A stretch of DNA of 63,344 bases, counting the filler, from Octopus bimaculoides (Eukaryota): NCBI RefSeq assembly GCF_001194135.2. It is 6 parts of 5 records of this genome, joined end to end, with 100 filler letters (N's around TTAATTAATTAA, not from the genome) between each part and the next. Parts side by side here need not be neighbours in the genome. Positions count along the whole stretch, not along the records: positions 13,799 to 45,271 come from NC_068984.1; 5 more parts are not named here. One strand, written 5' to 3'. Position numbers and translations under genes: made by a program. The notes beneath the pieces are model-generated. The model was not told the DNA's origin. It did no database searches and was given only the letters and a program-made list of their open reading frames with translations. Position 1 is the stretch's first letter; each line of letters opens with the position of its first letter. Positions 26,481 to 37,779 of this stretch are shown here, piece after piece.

Positions 26481-26879
26481 TTGATCAAAATAGAAAGTCT
26501 ATTTCAGAGATATGTATGGTAGAATAGATTACATATAGAATGAGATTGATTCTCTTAATAAACACTTGTGGAAAAGATATTTGGCATTGAAACTCACCAA
26601 GTATTGTTCATATGAATAATGTTAAGATGATCTGTTTTTATTTATATCATTCATTTTGTGAAAATCAGTAGCATTGGTTATAATTGCTTAACTAACTAAT
26701 TAGTTGTTTACTACATTTGCAATGGAGAGAGTGAACAGAAAACTACTTTTTCTCTGTGTACATCTTTCACCAACACACCTACACTCATTCTTTATAACAC
26801 ATACATAGATGATGGCTGTCAACTCAAATGACTATGACCATAGCTCTTGAATCCTGCCAATAACTCACAGAACTTGTTG

Positions 26880-27840
26880 CAGATTCAACTTTCATACAAA
26901 TTCGTGTAACTTCTTGGTTGTTCTAGATTATTCTGATGATTTTCTCTGTGCACCTTCATGTACCTAGATAAACCTAAGTGATTGATACATGTTTTATTGC
27001 AGACAGTGTATGTGAGGTTGGCCCCAGTAAGAAAGTTGTAGTTTGTAATAGGTTTTTCTGCACAAAAACATACATATGCAGCCACATATTACAGACTAGG
27101 TGAGAACAACTGAATTGGCTTTACCTGCTGATCTCCTTGTGTGTGACCATTCATTTGCATTTCACTGAAATATGCTTTCAGATTTTCCTATTACATGAAA
27201 TGTCTTCTTGCTCTTGTTCTGAAATCTCACAGATTCCAAACCACTGTTTTAGATTGTCCTTGAATTGCTTTCTTGGCATATGTTATACTTGAGTTCTCTA
27301 TACAACATTTGCTTGGGAATTCTGCTGTACCCAACATGACCAACCCAGTGCATATGGTGATGGTGGAAGTGGGCCTCAATACTCATAGCATTAGCTCTTT
27401 TTAAAACCTTGAGTATGGGTCATCCAATGGATGCCCAGGATGTTTCTCAAACGCTGTTGATAAAAGTGTTTGAATGTTAGTTGAAACTACACGTTTCACA
27501 CAAAAATAATAAGCATGTCAGTATACAGGCATTGGAGACTGCCAACTTAGTGCTATTTTTCAAGCCTCTCAGGGATAAGACATAACCCTTCAGAGTGGTA
27601 AAGACATCAGTTGCCCTTCTTATTCATACAATGATCTCTTTGTCTAAAAAGCTGTGTCAGTTGATAGTGCCATCTCCATATATAAACTTGTCGACTGCCT
27701 TCATTCAGTTTGTGGCCATCAATATAGATAGCTGGCTCTATGTATGGCAGTCCAGGTGCAGGTTGGTACATTAGTACAGTTTTGTCAAGGTTGATAGTGA
27801 GGACAAAAGCCTTGCATACATACATACATGCTTGCATATA
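26880..27840 (-). mobile_element. RTE LINE 3' remnant with a terminal C2H2-like motif
   Basis: KAFVLTINLDKTVLMYQPAPG...IYIDGHKL and TVCNKTCINHLGLSRYMKVH. Confidence 0.7.
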
Positions 27841-28466
27841 CACAAGCTTGATTATGTGGTTAAGGTGTCCATTTTGAAACTACAAGGTTTTTAGTTTGAT
27901 TCTACTTTGTAGCACCTACTACTACTTTCAGAAAACTTATGCCTTATGAGTGAAATTGGATAGGCAGGAACTGTACAGAAGCCTGTATATGTAAATCTCC
28001 ATGTTTTCAGATTGATACTATTTGGATAGCAATGATGTGCATAAGTATGGAATAAAGCACCTATCTTAATTAAAAACACAAAAGATGTCAGATTAGGAAG
28101 GGCATTCGACCATAAACTACTGTTTCAATAAGTCTTGACAAACCCATGTCAGTATGGAAAAGTTTCCATCTACCACATTTCACTCCCAAAGTATTAACAG
28201 AATGTTTATCCAAGATGCTGCAGAGTGGCATAAAATCAGGAATTATATGGGTGAACTTCTCAATTATATAGCCATACATGTGCTCATACCATAAAAATAA
28301 TATAGAAAACACAGAAGGAAAGAAAGAAAAGGAAAAAGGATATTAGTGGAATAGAAACTCAAATAGTAAAACCTTATACCCTTAAAACAACCATAGCAAG
28401 GCTGAATCTAAATACTAGCATGAGAAATCTTTGAAAGAAAGTAAATAAGAATAAATGACTACTTAC

Positions 28467-28650
28467 TTCTGTTTTTCAGTTTTATGTTTTGTATTGATTT
28501 GTCTGACTAGTCTCTCCAAATTTTTTCCATATTCACTTTCTATTTCTGAGATCTTCTTAAAAAAATCCTCCATTTCAAGGACAATGGCCACTTCAGTGTC
28601 CAGTCTATACTCCAAACATTTTAACTGGTCATTTAACTGCTGCCGAATAT
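28467..28650 (-). CDS. SRGAP: Internal coding exon of an srGAP (SLIT-ROBO Rho GAP) family gene, N-terminal F-BAR domain
   Basis: Translates (D)IRQQLNDQLKCLEYRLDTEVAIVLEMEDFFKKISEIESEYGKNLERLVRQINTKHKTEKQ(K), which resembles srGAP EIRxQLxEQxKCLD...DFFRKKAEIExEYSRNLEKL. Acceptor ttgtctttctttttcag|AT (phase 1) and donor CAGAA|gtaagt (phase 2); 184 nt. FCHSD2/Nwk is a less similar alternative. Confidence 0.88.
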
Positions 28651-29966
28651 CTGAAAAAGAAAGACAAGTTATAAAAGTATACAACAGTACAATATTAAAA
28701 AGAAAACATTTTTCGTTACTGTCCTAAATTCATAGATTTTAACTCTTTCAGAAAAGGTAAAGATGCAGTCAAAAATTTACAAAACAAACAATGAAACTTA
28801 AGTTAAGTTCTGTTTTTTTGCGACAGAAGTCCCTAAAGTTCTCTCAAACTGTGCGACAGAAGTCCCTAAAGAATATCTATCCCTATCAGTCTCGTGTTTA
28901 TGGCCTAACCCTCAACCCTATGCTTTACTCTGTCCCTCTTGTTCCTTCTCTCTCTCTCTCTTCTTCTCCCTCTTTCGTTTACCTCCTGCTCACCAGATCT
29001 ATAAACTAACGCAAGCACTCAGAGTCTTTCACTTGCTCCTAGAATTTTGCTGAATATACACATGAAACTCAGTGACATGGCCAGCAGATAAGTTTGATTT
29101 GCCTTTTGTTTCAGCCTCGCCGGTATCTCATATTTTGCTCTGATTCATACACCTTACCAGAGTTCACTATTCTGTCCGTATCATTACAATGTCGTTATAT
29201 TTAGTTGTTTCCCCCCTCGTGTCCGGGCATAATCATTCTATGCTTCTATGACTACCATTTCTCTCAGACTGTGTGACAGAAGTCCCTAAAGAATATCTAT
29301 CCCTATCAGTCTCGTGTTTATGGCTTAATCCTCAACCNNNNNNNNNNNNNNNNNNNNNNNNNNNNNNNNNNNNNNNNNNNNNNNNNNNNNNNNNNNNNNN
29401 NNNNNNNNNNNNNNNNNNNNNNNNNNNNNNNNNNNNNNNNNNNNNNNNNNNNNNNNNNNNNNNNNNNNNNNNNNNNNNNNNNNNNNNNNNNNNNNNNNNN
29501 NNNNNNNNNNNNNNNNNNNNNNNNNNNNNNNNNNNNNNNNNNNNNNNNNNNNNNNNNNNNNNNNNNNNNNNNNNNNNNNNNNNNNNNNNNNNNNNNNNNN
29601 NNNNNNNNNNNNNNNNNNNNNNNNNNNNNNNNNNNNNNNNNNNNNNNNNNNNNNNNNNNNNNNNNNNNNNNNNNNNNNNNNNNNNNNNNNNNNNNNNNNN
29701 NNNNNNNNNNNNNNNNNNNNNNNNNNNNNNNNNNNNNNNNNNNNNNNNNNNNNNNNNNNNNNNNNNNNNNNNNNNNNNNNNNNNNNNNNNNNNNNNNNNN
29801 NNNNNNNNNNNNNNNNNNNNNNNNNNNNNNNNNNNNNNNNNNNNNNNNNNNNNNNNNNNNNNNNNNNNNNNNNNNNNNNNNNNNNNNNNNNNNNNNNNNN
29901 NNNNNNNNNNNNNNNNNNNNNNNNNNNNNNNNNNNNNNNNNNNNNNNNNNNNNNNNNNNNNNNNNN

Positions 29967-32900
29967 GCAGGGAACTCAGACGGGGTCGGGGGCGTGGGTA
30001 TACTTCTTGCAGAGAAATGGGTGGATAAGGTAATCGAGGTAGATAGAATATCTGATAGAATACTTAAGGTTAGATTAGTCCTTCACCATGGGTTAGCAAC
30101 CATTATCTCGGCCTATGCCCCTCAGCCCGGGCTACCTGACAGACAGAAAGACCAATTTTATGACACCCTCCTGCAGATTACCTCATTGACATATGACAGG
30201 GACCTTCTCTTTGTGGCTGGTGACTTCAATGGTCATGTTGGACAACATTCAGGGGGCTTCTATGGCGTACATGGAGGCTATGGTTTTGGTTCCCACAATG
30301 AGGAGGGAGCCAGGTTGCTGGAGTTCTGTGACGCAAATGACCTTATGGTTTGCAATACTAACTTCAGGAAACCTGCCAGTCACCTAGTCACCTACCGTTC
30401 TGGCAGACACTCTAGCCAAATTGACTACATCCTCACCAGAAAAAGGGAAAGATGGCTGCTTATAAATGCCAAAACCTTCCCAGGCGAAGAATGCACTCCA
30501 CAACATAGACTAGTAGTTAGTGACTTCAGGATTAGGGCCAAGTGGGTGCCCAGGAGACAACCAGCTTGGAGGAGAAGGGTCTGGAAGCTCAAAGATCCTG
30601 CGAATGGACAGAGGTTTAGAGACTTATTACTTGAGGCCTTTGACGAATTAGAAGGGTAAGTAGCTTCACACGATGTAGAAGACAACTGGACGTTTCTACG
30701 GGACAACCTGCTGAAGGCCACTGACCAGAGTCCCCTCTCGACCCAAAATAACGTGGTGGTGGAACAATGTTGTTGACATGGCTATTAGACAAAAGAAACA
30801 GGCTTGGAGGGACTGGAAGAACGGTGGTAGCAGGGAATTGTATCAGACTGCCAGAAGGGAAGTTAAGCGACAGGTTTATTTAGCCAGAGGGTAAGCAGAT
30901 AAGAAAATATTTGCCAATGTTCTGCACCGTGAGGACCAAAGACTTGAGGTATTTCGTGTTGCAAGACAGTGTGTGAGAGAGAATTGTGATGTCGTAGGAG
31001 AGAAATGTGTTCACATGGATGATGGTACACTTGCACTAAATGAAGCTGCAAAGAAAGAGGTATGGAGACACCACTACGAAAGGTTGCTCAATAAAGAGAA
31101 CGAACGGGAGAAAGAGAGTCTGCAGAATGTCAACCCAACAGAGGGACCAGCGATTCGAGTTGACAGTACCATGGTAGATAAAGCTATTATGAGTATGAAG
31201 ACAGGGAAAGCCCCCGGCCCTTCAGGAATCACTGTAGAGATGCTCAAAATATCAGGCAGTGTCGGCTATAACCTAGTCACCCGTATTGTTAACCAGGTGA
31301 TACATGAAGGAGTCATACCCAATGACTGGTGTAGTAGCACCATAGTCAACTGCTACAAAGGTAAAGGTGACGCTTTAGATACAAATAATTACAGAGGTAT
31401 CAAGTTGTTAGATCAGGTAATGAAAATCATGGAGAGGGTCATAGCCCAACTAATTAGGGAGAGAGTCAGTTTAGATGAGATGCAGTTTGGGTTTGTGAGA
31501 CACTATCAGTAAGGTGAGGGTTGGCAACAAGTACAGTGAAGAATTCTGGTTAGAGGTAGGGATCCACCAAGGTTCAGTCCTCAGCCCCCTCCTATTTATC
31601 ATAGTCCTCCAGTCGTTAACGGAGGAATTCAAGACAGGATTCCCCTGGGAGCTCCTCTATGCTGATGACCTTGCACTAATTGCTGAGTCACTATCAGAAC
31701 TAGAGGAGAAGTTTCAGGTGTGGAAGTAAGGACTAGAATTGAAAGGCCTTAGAGTCAACCTAGCTAAAACCAAAGTCCTAATAAGTAGGAAGGTAGACAA
31801 CACAGAAACCCCTTCAGGTAGATGGCCCTGCTCAATCTGTAGAAAAGGCGTAGGTAGAAACTCTATAAGATGTACCCAGTGCAAGCTATGGACACATAAG
31901 AGGTGCAGCAATATCAAAGGAAGGTTAACTAGGAAGTTTGTTTTTGTATGTAGCAGATGTTCAGGAGCTATAAACACTGTAAATGTGCAGAAAACAACTT
32001 CTGCAACATTCCAGGAAGAAAAACTAGACGTAGTTGATAGCTTCCGCTACCTAGGTGACCAAGTTAGTAGTGGGGGAGGGTGCACTGAAAGTGTAGCTGC
32101 TAGAATAAGAATAGCCTGGGCAAAGTTCAGAGAGCTCTTACCTCTGCTGGTGACAAGGGGCCTCTCACTCAGAGTAAAAGGCAGACTGTATGACGCATGT
32201 GTACGAACAGCCATGATTCATGGCAGTGGAACATGGGCTGTGACTGCTGAGGACATGCGTAGGCTCGCAAGGAATGAAGCCAGTATGCTCCGATGAATGT
32301 GTAATGTCAGTGTCCATACTAGACAGAGTATTACTACCTTGAGAGAAGAGTTGAACTTACGAAGCATCAGTTGTGGTGTGCAAGAGAGACAATTGCGCTG
32401 GTATGGTCATGTAGCGAGAATGGATGAGGATAGTTCTGTGAAAAAGTGCCACACCCTAGCAGTTGAGGGAACCTGTGGAAGAGGCAGGCCCAGGAAAACC
32501 TGGGATGAGGTAGTGAGGCACGACCTTCGAACATTGAGTCTCACCGAGGCGATGACTTCTGACCGAGAGCTTTGAAAATATGCTGTGCATGAGAAGACAC
32601 GGCAAGCCAAGTGAGACCTAAATCTAAGGCCTCAGCCAGTCCACTTATGCGTACCTCCCTTCATTGGACACTAAACTCCACTTGCGAAGACCTGTTGAGG
32701 CAAGTGAAATGGAAATCGAGTTAAATTTGACTACTGGCACCCATGCCAACGTCGTCTCCTTCATTGGACACGAAACTCAGCTTGAGAAGACTTATTGGGG
32801 CAAGCGAAAGCGAAATCGTGATGGCACCTGTGCCCAGCGTNNNNNNNNNNNNNNNNNNNNNNNNNNNNNNNNNNNNNNNNNNNNNNNNNNNNNNNNNNNN

Positions 32901-33345
32901 NNNNNNNNNNNNNNNNNNNNNNNNNNNNNNNNNNNNNNNNNNNNNNNNNNNNNNNNNNNNNNNNNNNNNNNNNNNNNNNNNNNNNNNNNNNNNNNNNNNN
33001 NNNNNNNNNNNNNNNNNNNNNNNNNNNNNNNNNNNNNNNNNNNNNNNNNNNNNNNNNNNNNNNNNNNNNNNNNNNNNNNNNNNNNNNNNNNNNNNNNNNN
33101 NNNNNNNNNNNNNNNNNNNNNNNNNNNNNNNNNNNNNNNNNNNNNNNNNNNNNNNNNNNNNNNNNNNNNNNNNNNNNNNNNNNNNNNNNNNNNNNNNNNN
33201 NNNNNNNNNNNNNNNNNNNNNNNNNNNNNNNNNNNNNNNNNNNNNNNNNNNNNNNNNNNNNNNNNNNNNNNNNNNNNNNNNNNNNNNNNNNNNNNNNNNN
33301 NNNNNNNNTGCTAGCATGGAAAGTGGATGTTAAACGACAATGGTG
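29967..33345 (+). mobile_element. Near full-length, relatively young RTE LINE (APE plus RT), inactivated
   Basis: APE: IISAYAPQ, GDFNGHVG, SQIDYIL, QHRLVVSDF. RT: KAPGPSG, NYRGIKLL, GIHQGSVLSPLLF, LLYADDL, FRYLGD, LRWYGH. Point stops and an RT deletion at ~31500; 3' UTR with a ~103-bp duplication; tail gttaaacgacaatggtggtgatgat. Confidence 0.93.
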
Positions 33346-33354
33346 GTGATGATC

Positions 33355-33511
33355 GCAGGAGTAGCTGCGTGGTAAGTGGCTTGCTTATCAACTACATGGT
33401 TACAGGTTCAGTCCCACTGCCTGGCACCTTGGGCAAGTATCTTCTACTATAGCCTTCAGCCAACCAAAGCCTTGTGAGTGGATTTGGTAGACAGAAGCTG
33501 AAAGAAGCCCA

Positions 33512-33542
<31 letters not shown>

Positions 33543-33620
33543 TGTGTGTGTGTGTGTGTATACGTTTGTGTCTGTGTTTGTCCTCCCAACATCGCTTGAC
33601 AAGTGATGTTGGTGTAATAT
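33355..33620 (+). mobile_element. tRNA-SINE family A, 5' part
   Basis: gcaggagtagctgcgtggtaag...ggttcagtcccactgc (A/B-box-like), ccttgggcaagt...gccttgtgagtggatttggtagac. Confidence 0.8.
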
Positions 33621-34895
33621 CTTTTGACAACCAATGTTGGAACCAGCAGAAAAGGAAAACACAAGATGACATGGGATGAAGTGGTGAAAGTTGACTGCAG
33701 AACCCTAAGACTGATGGACAAGATGACGAAGGATATAGGGATTTCTAGCAATATGAGGTTCTCAAAAAGCATGCTCTCCTCAGCAAAACTGAGTTCTGGA
33801 AGTGGTATGTTTTAGGTTCTACACCCATTACAGTGACTTTCACCCAAACTGTATGTTTTATGGCACAACTACCCAACCATACCCCGCTCCAACTGTATCA
33901 ACTGTATCATCTGTATCATCATTGTAGCAACTACATGATACACTGTAGCAACTGTATTATCATTACTACCCTTGTTTACCTTCCCATACAATATTACAAA
34001 TCATCTACCCACTTCTACTCAGCTTATGCCAGGGATGGGGTGGGGCATCTTATCATCATTATTTGTCTTGCTGTACCTAATGATCATTTTTCTTTCTCCA
34101 CCCTCATTTTTCCTCTTACTATATATGAGTATTCATGCAGACCCCTCTTTAGCCACAGAAAGCACATTTTCTATTTACTGACAGGGGAGACAATCTCCCT
34201 ACCACAATTAAGTGACATTAGATTGATATGCCAATTTCACATGAAATTTAATGCTCATCAGTAATGCTTACTCCATTGTGGGTGGTGAACTTAAATTTTA
34301 TCCCGTCAGTATATACAGATTTTATCATAGGGATCAGTGGCTGATTCCGCAAAATGATAATGATAATGTAAAAATTGTATGATAATTAAGGTAGCTAGAT
34401 GCAATTCAAAACCAAACAGGAAATAATTCACCGTTACTAAACAGTGACGAAGGGTGCAGGGAGCATCAGCATTGCTAGAAATATGAGTTAAAGAACTCTT
34501 TAGCCACAGAAAGCACATATTCTATCTACTGGTTTTGAATTGCATCAAGCTCCTCCATGAGCCCCAATGTCCTAAGGTTGGTTCTCACCACTTCATCTCA
34601 TGTCTCCATGAGTCTCCCTCTTCCATAGGTACCATCCACTTTCAGTGACAGACACTTCTGTATACAGCTGTCTTTACTTGTACATGTCACAAGTCCAAAC
34701 CAATGCATTCTCCTCTCTTACGTGCCACATTTAATCCCTCTTATGCCTCACTTTTCTCTCAACGCAATTGTGCTTTATTGGTCATGCACACTGATGTTAC
34801 AAATCCAATAGAGCATACTACCTTCATTCCTCTTCAGTCTATGCATGTCCTCTACATTCAGAGCCCATGCCTAATTACCATGTAATATAGCAACG

Positions 34896-34932
<37 letters not shown>

Positions 34933-35399
34933 CATAAATACATATATATTATGGTGACACAAAAAAGGGGGCAAAAATNNNNNNNNNNAATACATATATA
35001 TTATGGTGACACAAAAAAGGGGGCAAAAATTTTTTTTTTTTTTTTTCAGGGAGCCACCCACATATCTTATTCATATTCCTAAGAAAGCATTGTATGCAAA
35101 GTTTGGGGTTGAAAAAGAGAAACTTAGAGGTTGCTACTAAGATTTAAAAATAAATGTATACACTTTGTGCTCAAAAATATTGTTTGTTGATATTTTTGCC
35201 AGAACCAGTTTGATGCGTACCTAGTTAATCTAATTTGAAAAAAAAAATGATGACATTCTAGGCTATAGTATGTAGTGAGGTACAGTGTGTAGCGCATTAA
35301 CATTTTTTTAATGTGGAAGTTTCCCCAGTAGGCATATCATAATCACTTATGTAAGTTTATTTTTGTTTTTTGTGAAGCAAGAGTAATGTTTTCTTGTTT

Positions 35400-36050
35400 T
35401 TGTTTTAGAGTGATGACCTGAAACTTTTAATAATTTGAAAAAGGTATTGTTTCTGCTCTTCATCATTGGTTATCAGTTTGTTGTATTCCTCTATCAGTTG
35501 TACACCTCTTTCTGCAATATCGTTTACCACTTTGAGTCCATATGTGATATCTCTTGCATTCGCATAACTTTCATCATCATTCCATTCTTCAGCATCTTTT
35601 TCAAGATAAGTGCAACGCGCCTCTAGGATTTCAAAGAATCTTTTTGTGTTGACAATAATGAAATCCTGCCCAGCTGACTAAGGATTTATTGATGCTTGTT
35701 TGCTCAGTTTTGAGTCAACTGGTTTCTGCAGAGCATGCTTCATTTTGTTTTTTTGTCACATGCGAAAACATCTGAATCAAAAAATCCAAGCACCACAAGC
35801 TCCTCAGAGAGGTACCACAAATGTCTCAAAAACTTATTGAGTGCAGTACTTATCGTGCTCTGTGATAAGTTCCGGGTGCTTTAAAGTTGATTCCTGACTA
35901 CCGAGGAACATGTGCATTAGCTTGAGCAATTCCTTGCAGTCATCACAAGGCTGCTGTTCATATAGCTGAGCTTGAGCAAATTGAATGATTTCTTCAGTAT
36001 CTGAGATTTTCTCTGCAATGTTAGGGTCATCTGTTGCTGTTTGGTAATTG
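35400..36050 (-). mobile_element. hATm-like transposase remnant
   Basis: QQPCDDCKELLKLMHMFLG, FKAPGTYHRAR* and LKVVNDIAERGVQLIEEYNKLITNDEEQKQYL resemble the PRDDYxELL, PGAxHxARW and VVNDxAERGV pattern I associate with hATm. Subgroup assignment unverified. Confidence 0.65.
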
Positions 36051-36158
36051 TTCTTNNNNNNNNNNGTGCTGAAATTTTGCAGATTGAGTTTTTGCACTAA
36101 ATTAAATAAAATTAGAGGGTGTCTTCAAGTGTTTGAAATGATAAGTTATTTTGCATCA

Positions 36159-36204
<46 letters not shown>

Positions 36205-36289
36205 CACACACACAGACACATATATATATGTATATTTCTATAATTTTAAAAATTCTTTCAGCTTTAAAGCTGCAGTAATGCTGGGGCAC

Positions 36290-37535
36290 TACTGTTGGCT
36301 GTGCTACACAATAATTTGAAACCGTAAGAAATCTATTACATAACTCTACAGCTACATACATAGGTGCAACTAAAAACTTCAAACATCGCTACGCAGCCCA
36401 TTTGCACTCTTTTAGATATGACAAACACAGTAAATCTACAACATTAGCCAACCACATTCATCACCTCAAGAGCACAAATACCCAGTATACTTTAAAATGG
36501 TCCATCCTAGATTCCGGAACTCCATACCAGGGCCAGCGCTCTAACTGCAAGCTTTGCTTAAAGGAGGCGTTCCATATTTTAAAATACAATTCTCCCACTC
36601 TACTTAATTGATATAATGAAGCATTTAGCACCTGCAATCACCGTTTTTTCCATACATTTAAATTTTATCACAGACAAAAATGCACAAATGATCACACAAC
36701 ATAATCACACTGCTCCCTATAGGTAACCTATTCGACCTAGCAAAATCATCCCTCTTATACCATCTTTAGAATAGATTCATTTCTTTTTTGATCCTATCAA
36801 TACTTAATATATTTTTCCAAATTTACTTTCTCTACACTTACTCAGCAATAACACCACCACCACCACATACAGGCTACTTGGTAACTTTTAATCCCCCTTC
36901 CAACATCTGTAAATTAAGTGTAACTCTATTTTTTAGAATATGGTACTACTAATTCTTTCTCTCTCTCCTTTCTTCTTTAATACTGTCTTTGGAGTGTCAC
37001 CCATACCCTCACCACTTATAGTCTACCCTTCCATGCTACCTGTGCGCATTCCTTCTTCCTTACTAAACCTTTACCCCTCTTCCTCCTTCCCTCCCAATGC
37101 TCATTCTCTCTGCCCAGTCAGATTAACTGACCACAAAAAAAAAAAAAAAAAATTTCAATACCATTCCCCACCTGAATCACTTCTCTATCACCTTCCCATT
37201 CTGTCTTTAAGACTTGACCTATTTACCCTACACACATCTCACACTTGACTTGAGACATCCACGATATGACATATATCCACCTCTGCTATTTCAGCCTTTA
37301 CTACAGCAACTATCTCCGGAAAATTCCCAAAAGGATTATTTACACGGATACTTACTACTGGAATGAAGCTACACTCCAAGTACTGTTCTTTCTTTCCTCT
37401 TTCAGCGCATCACACTCACTCTCACTTCCTACTATAACTCTCCGCTTATAGATATAATAATCGATTCCTTTGCTATTTCTGTCTCCGATGATGGGAAGCA
37501 TTGGATCTTCCCTGAAACAGCTGTAAGACTCTATC
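36290..37535 (+). mobile_element. Penelope-like element 3' portion (GIY-YIG, 3' UTR, hammerhead)
   Basis: ATYIGATKNFKHRYAAHLHSFRYDKHSKSTTLANHIHHLK...KWSIL...CKLCLKEAFHIL...LLN*YNEAFSTCNH, followed by the hammerhead motif at 37481. Confidence 0.82.
37481..37529 (+). ncRNA. Type I hammerhead motif with a U4>C change
   Basis: gtct CCGATGA tgggaag cattggat cttccct GAAA C agct G TA agac. Stem I 4 bp, stem II 6 bp, palindromic stem III ACAGCTGT. Confidence 0.72.
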
Positions 37536-37779
37536 CATAAAANNNNNNNNNNNNNNNNNNNNNNNNNNNNNNNNNNNNNNNNNNNNNNNNNNNNNNNNNN
37601 NNNNNNNNNNNNNNNNNNNNNNNNNNNNNNNNNNNNNNNNNNCACACATGCCCCGTGCTCGTATGTGTGCACCCATACATACATTTGCTTATGTGTACCT
37701 ACCCGTTCTCGCCCATACACACAAACACAAGCACCCCCACCCCACCACATATCGAGACAATATATAAATGCAAAGAAAT

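Noticed and set aside
29273-30028. Long ORFs spanning N gaps (also 32664-33333, 46466-47239)
   Set aside because: They are open only because N codons are not stops.
34935-35030. Duplicated atatattatggtgacacaaaaaagggggcaaaaat
   Set aside because: Identical copies flank a 10-N gap, which points to an unmerged contig overlap.
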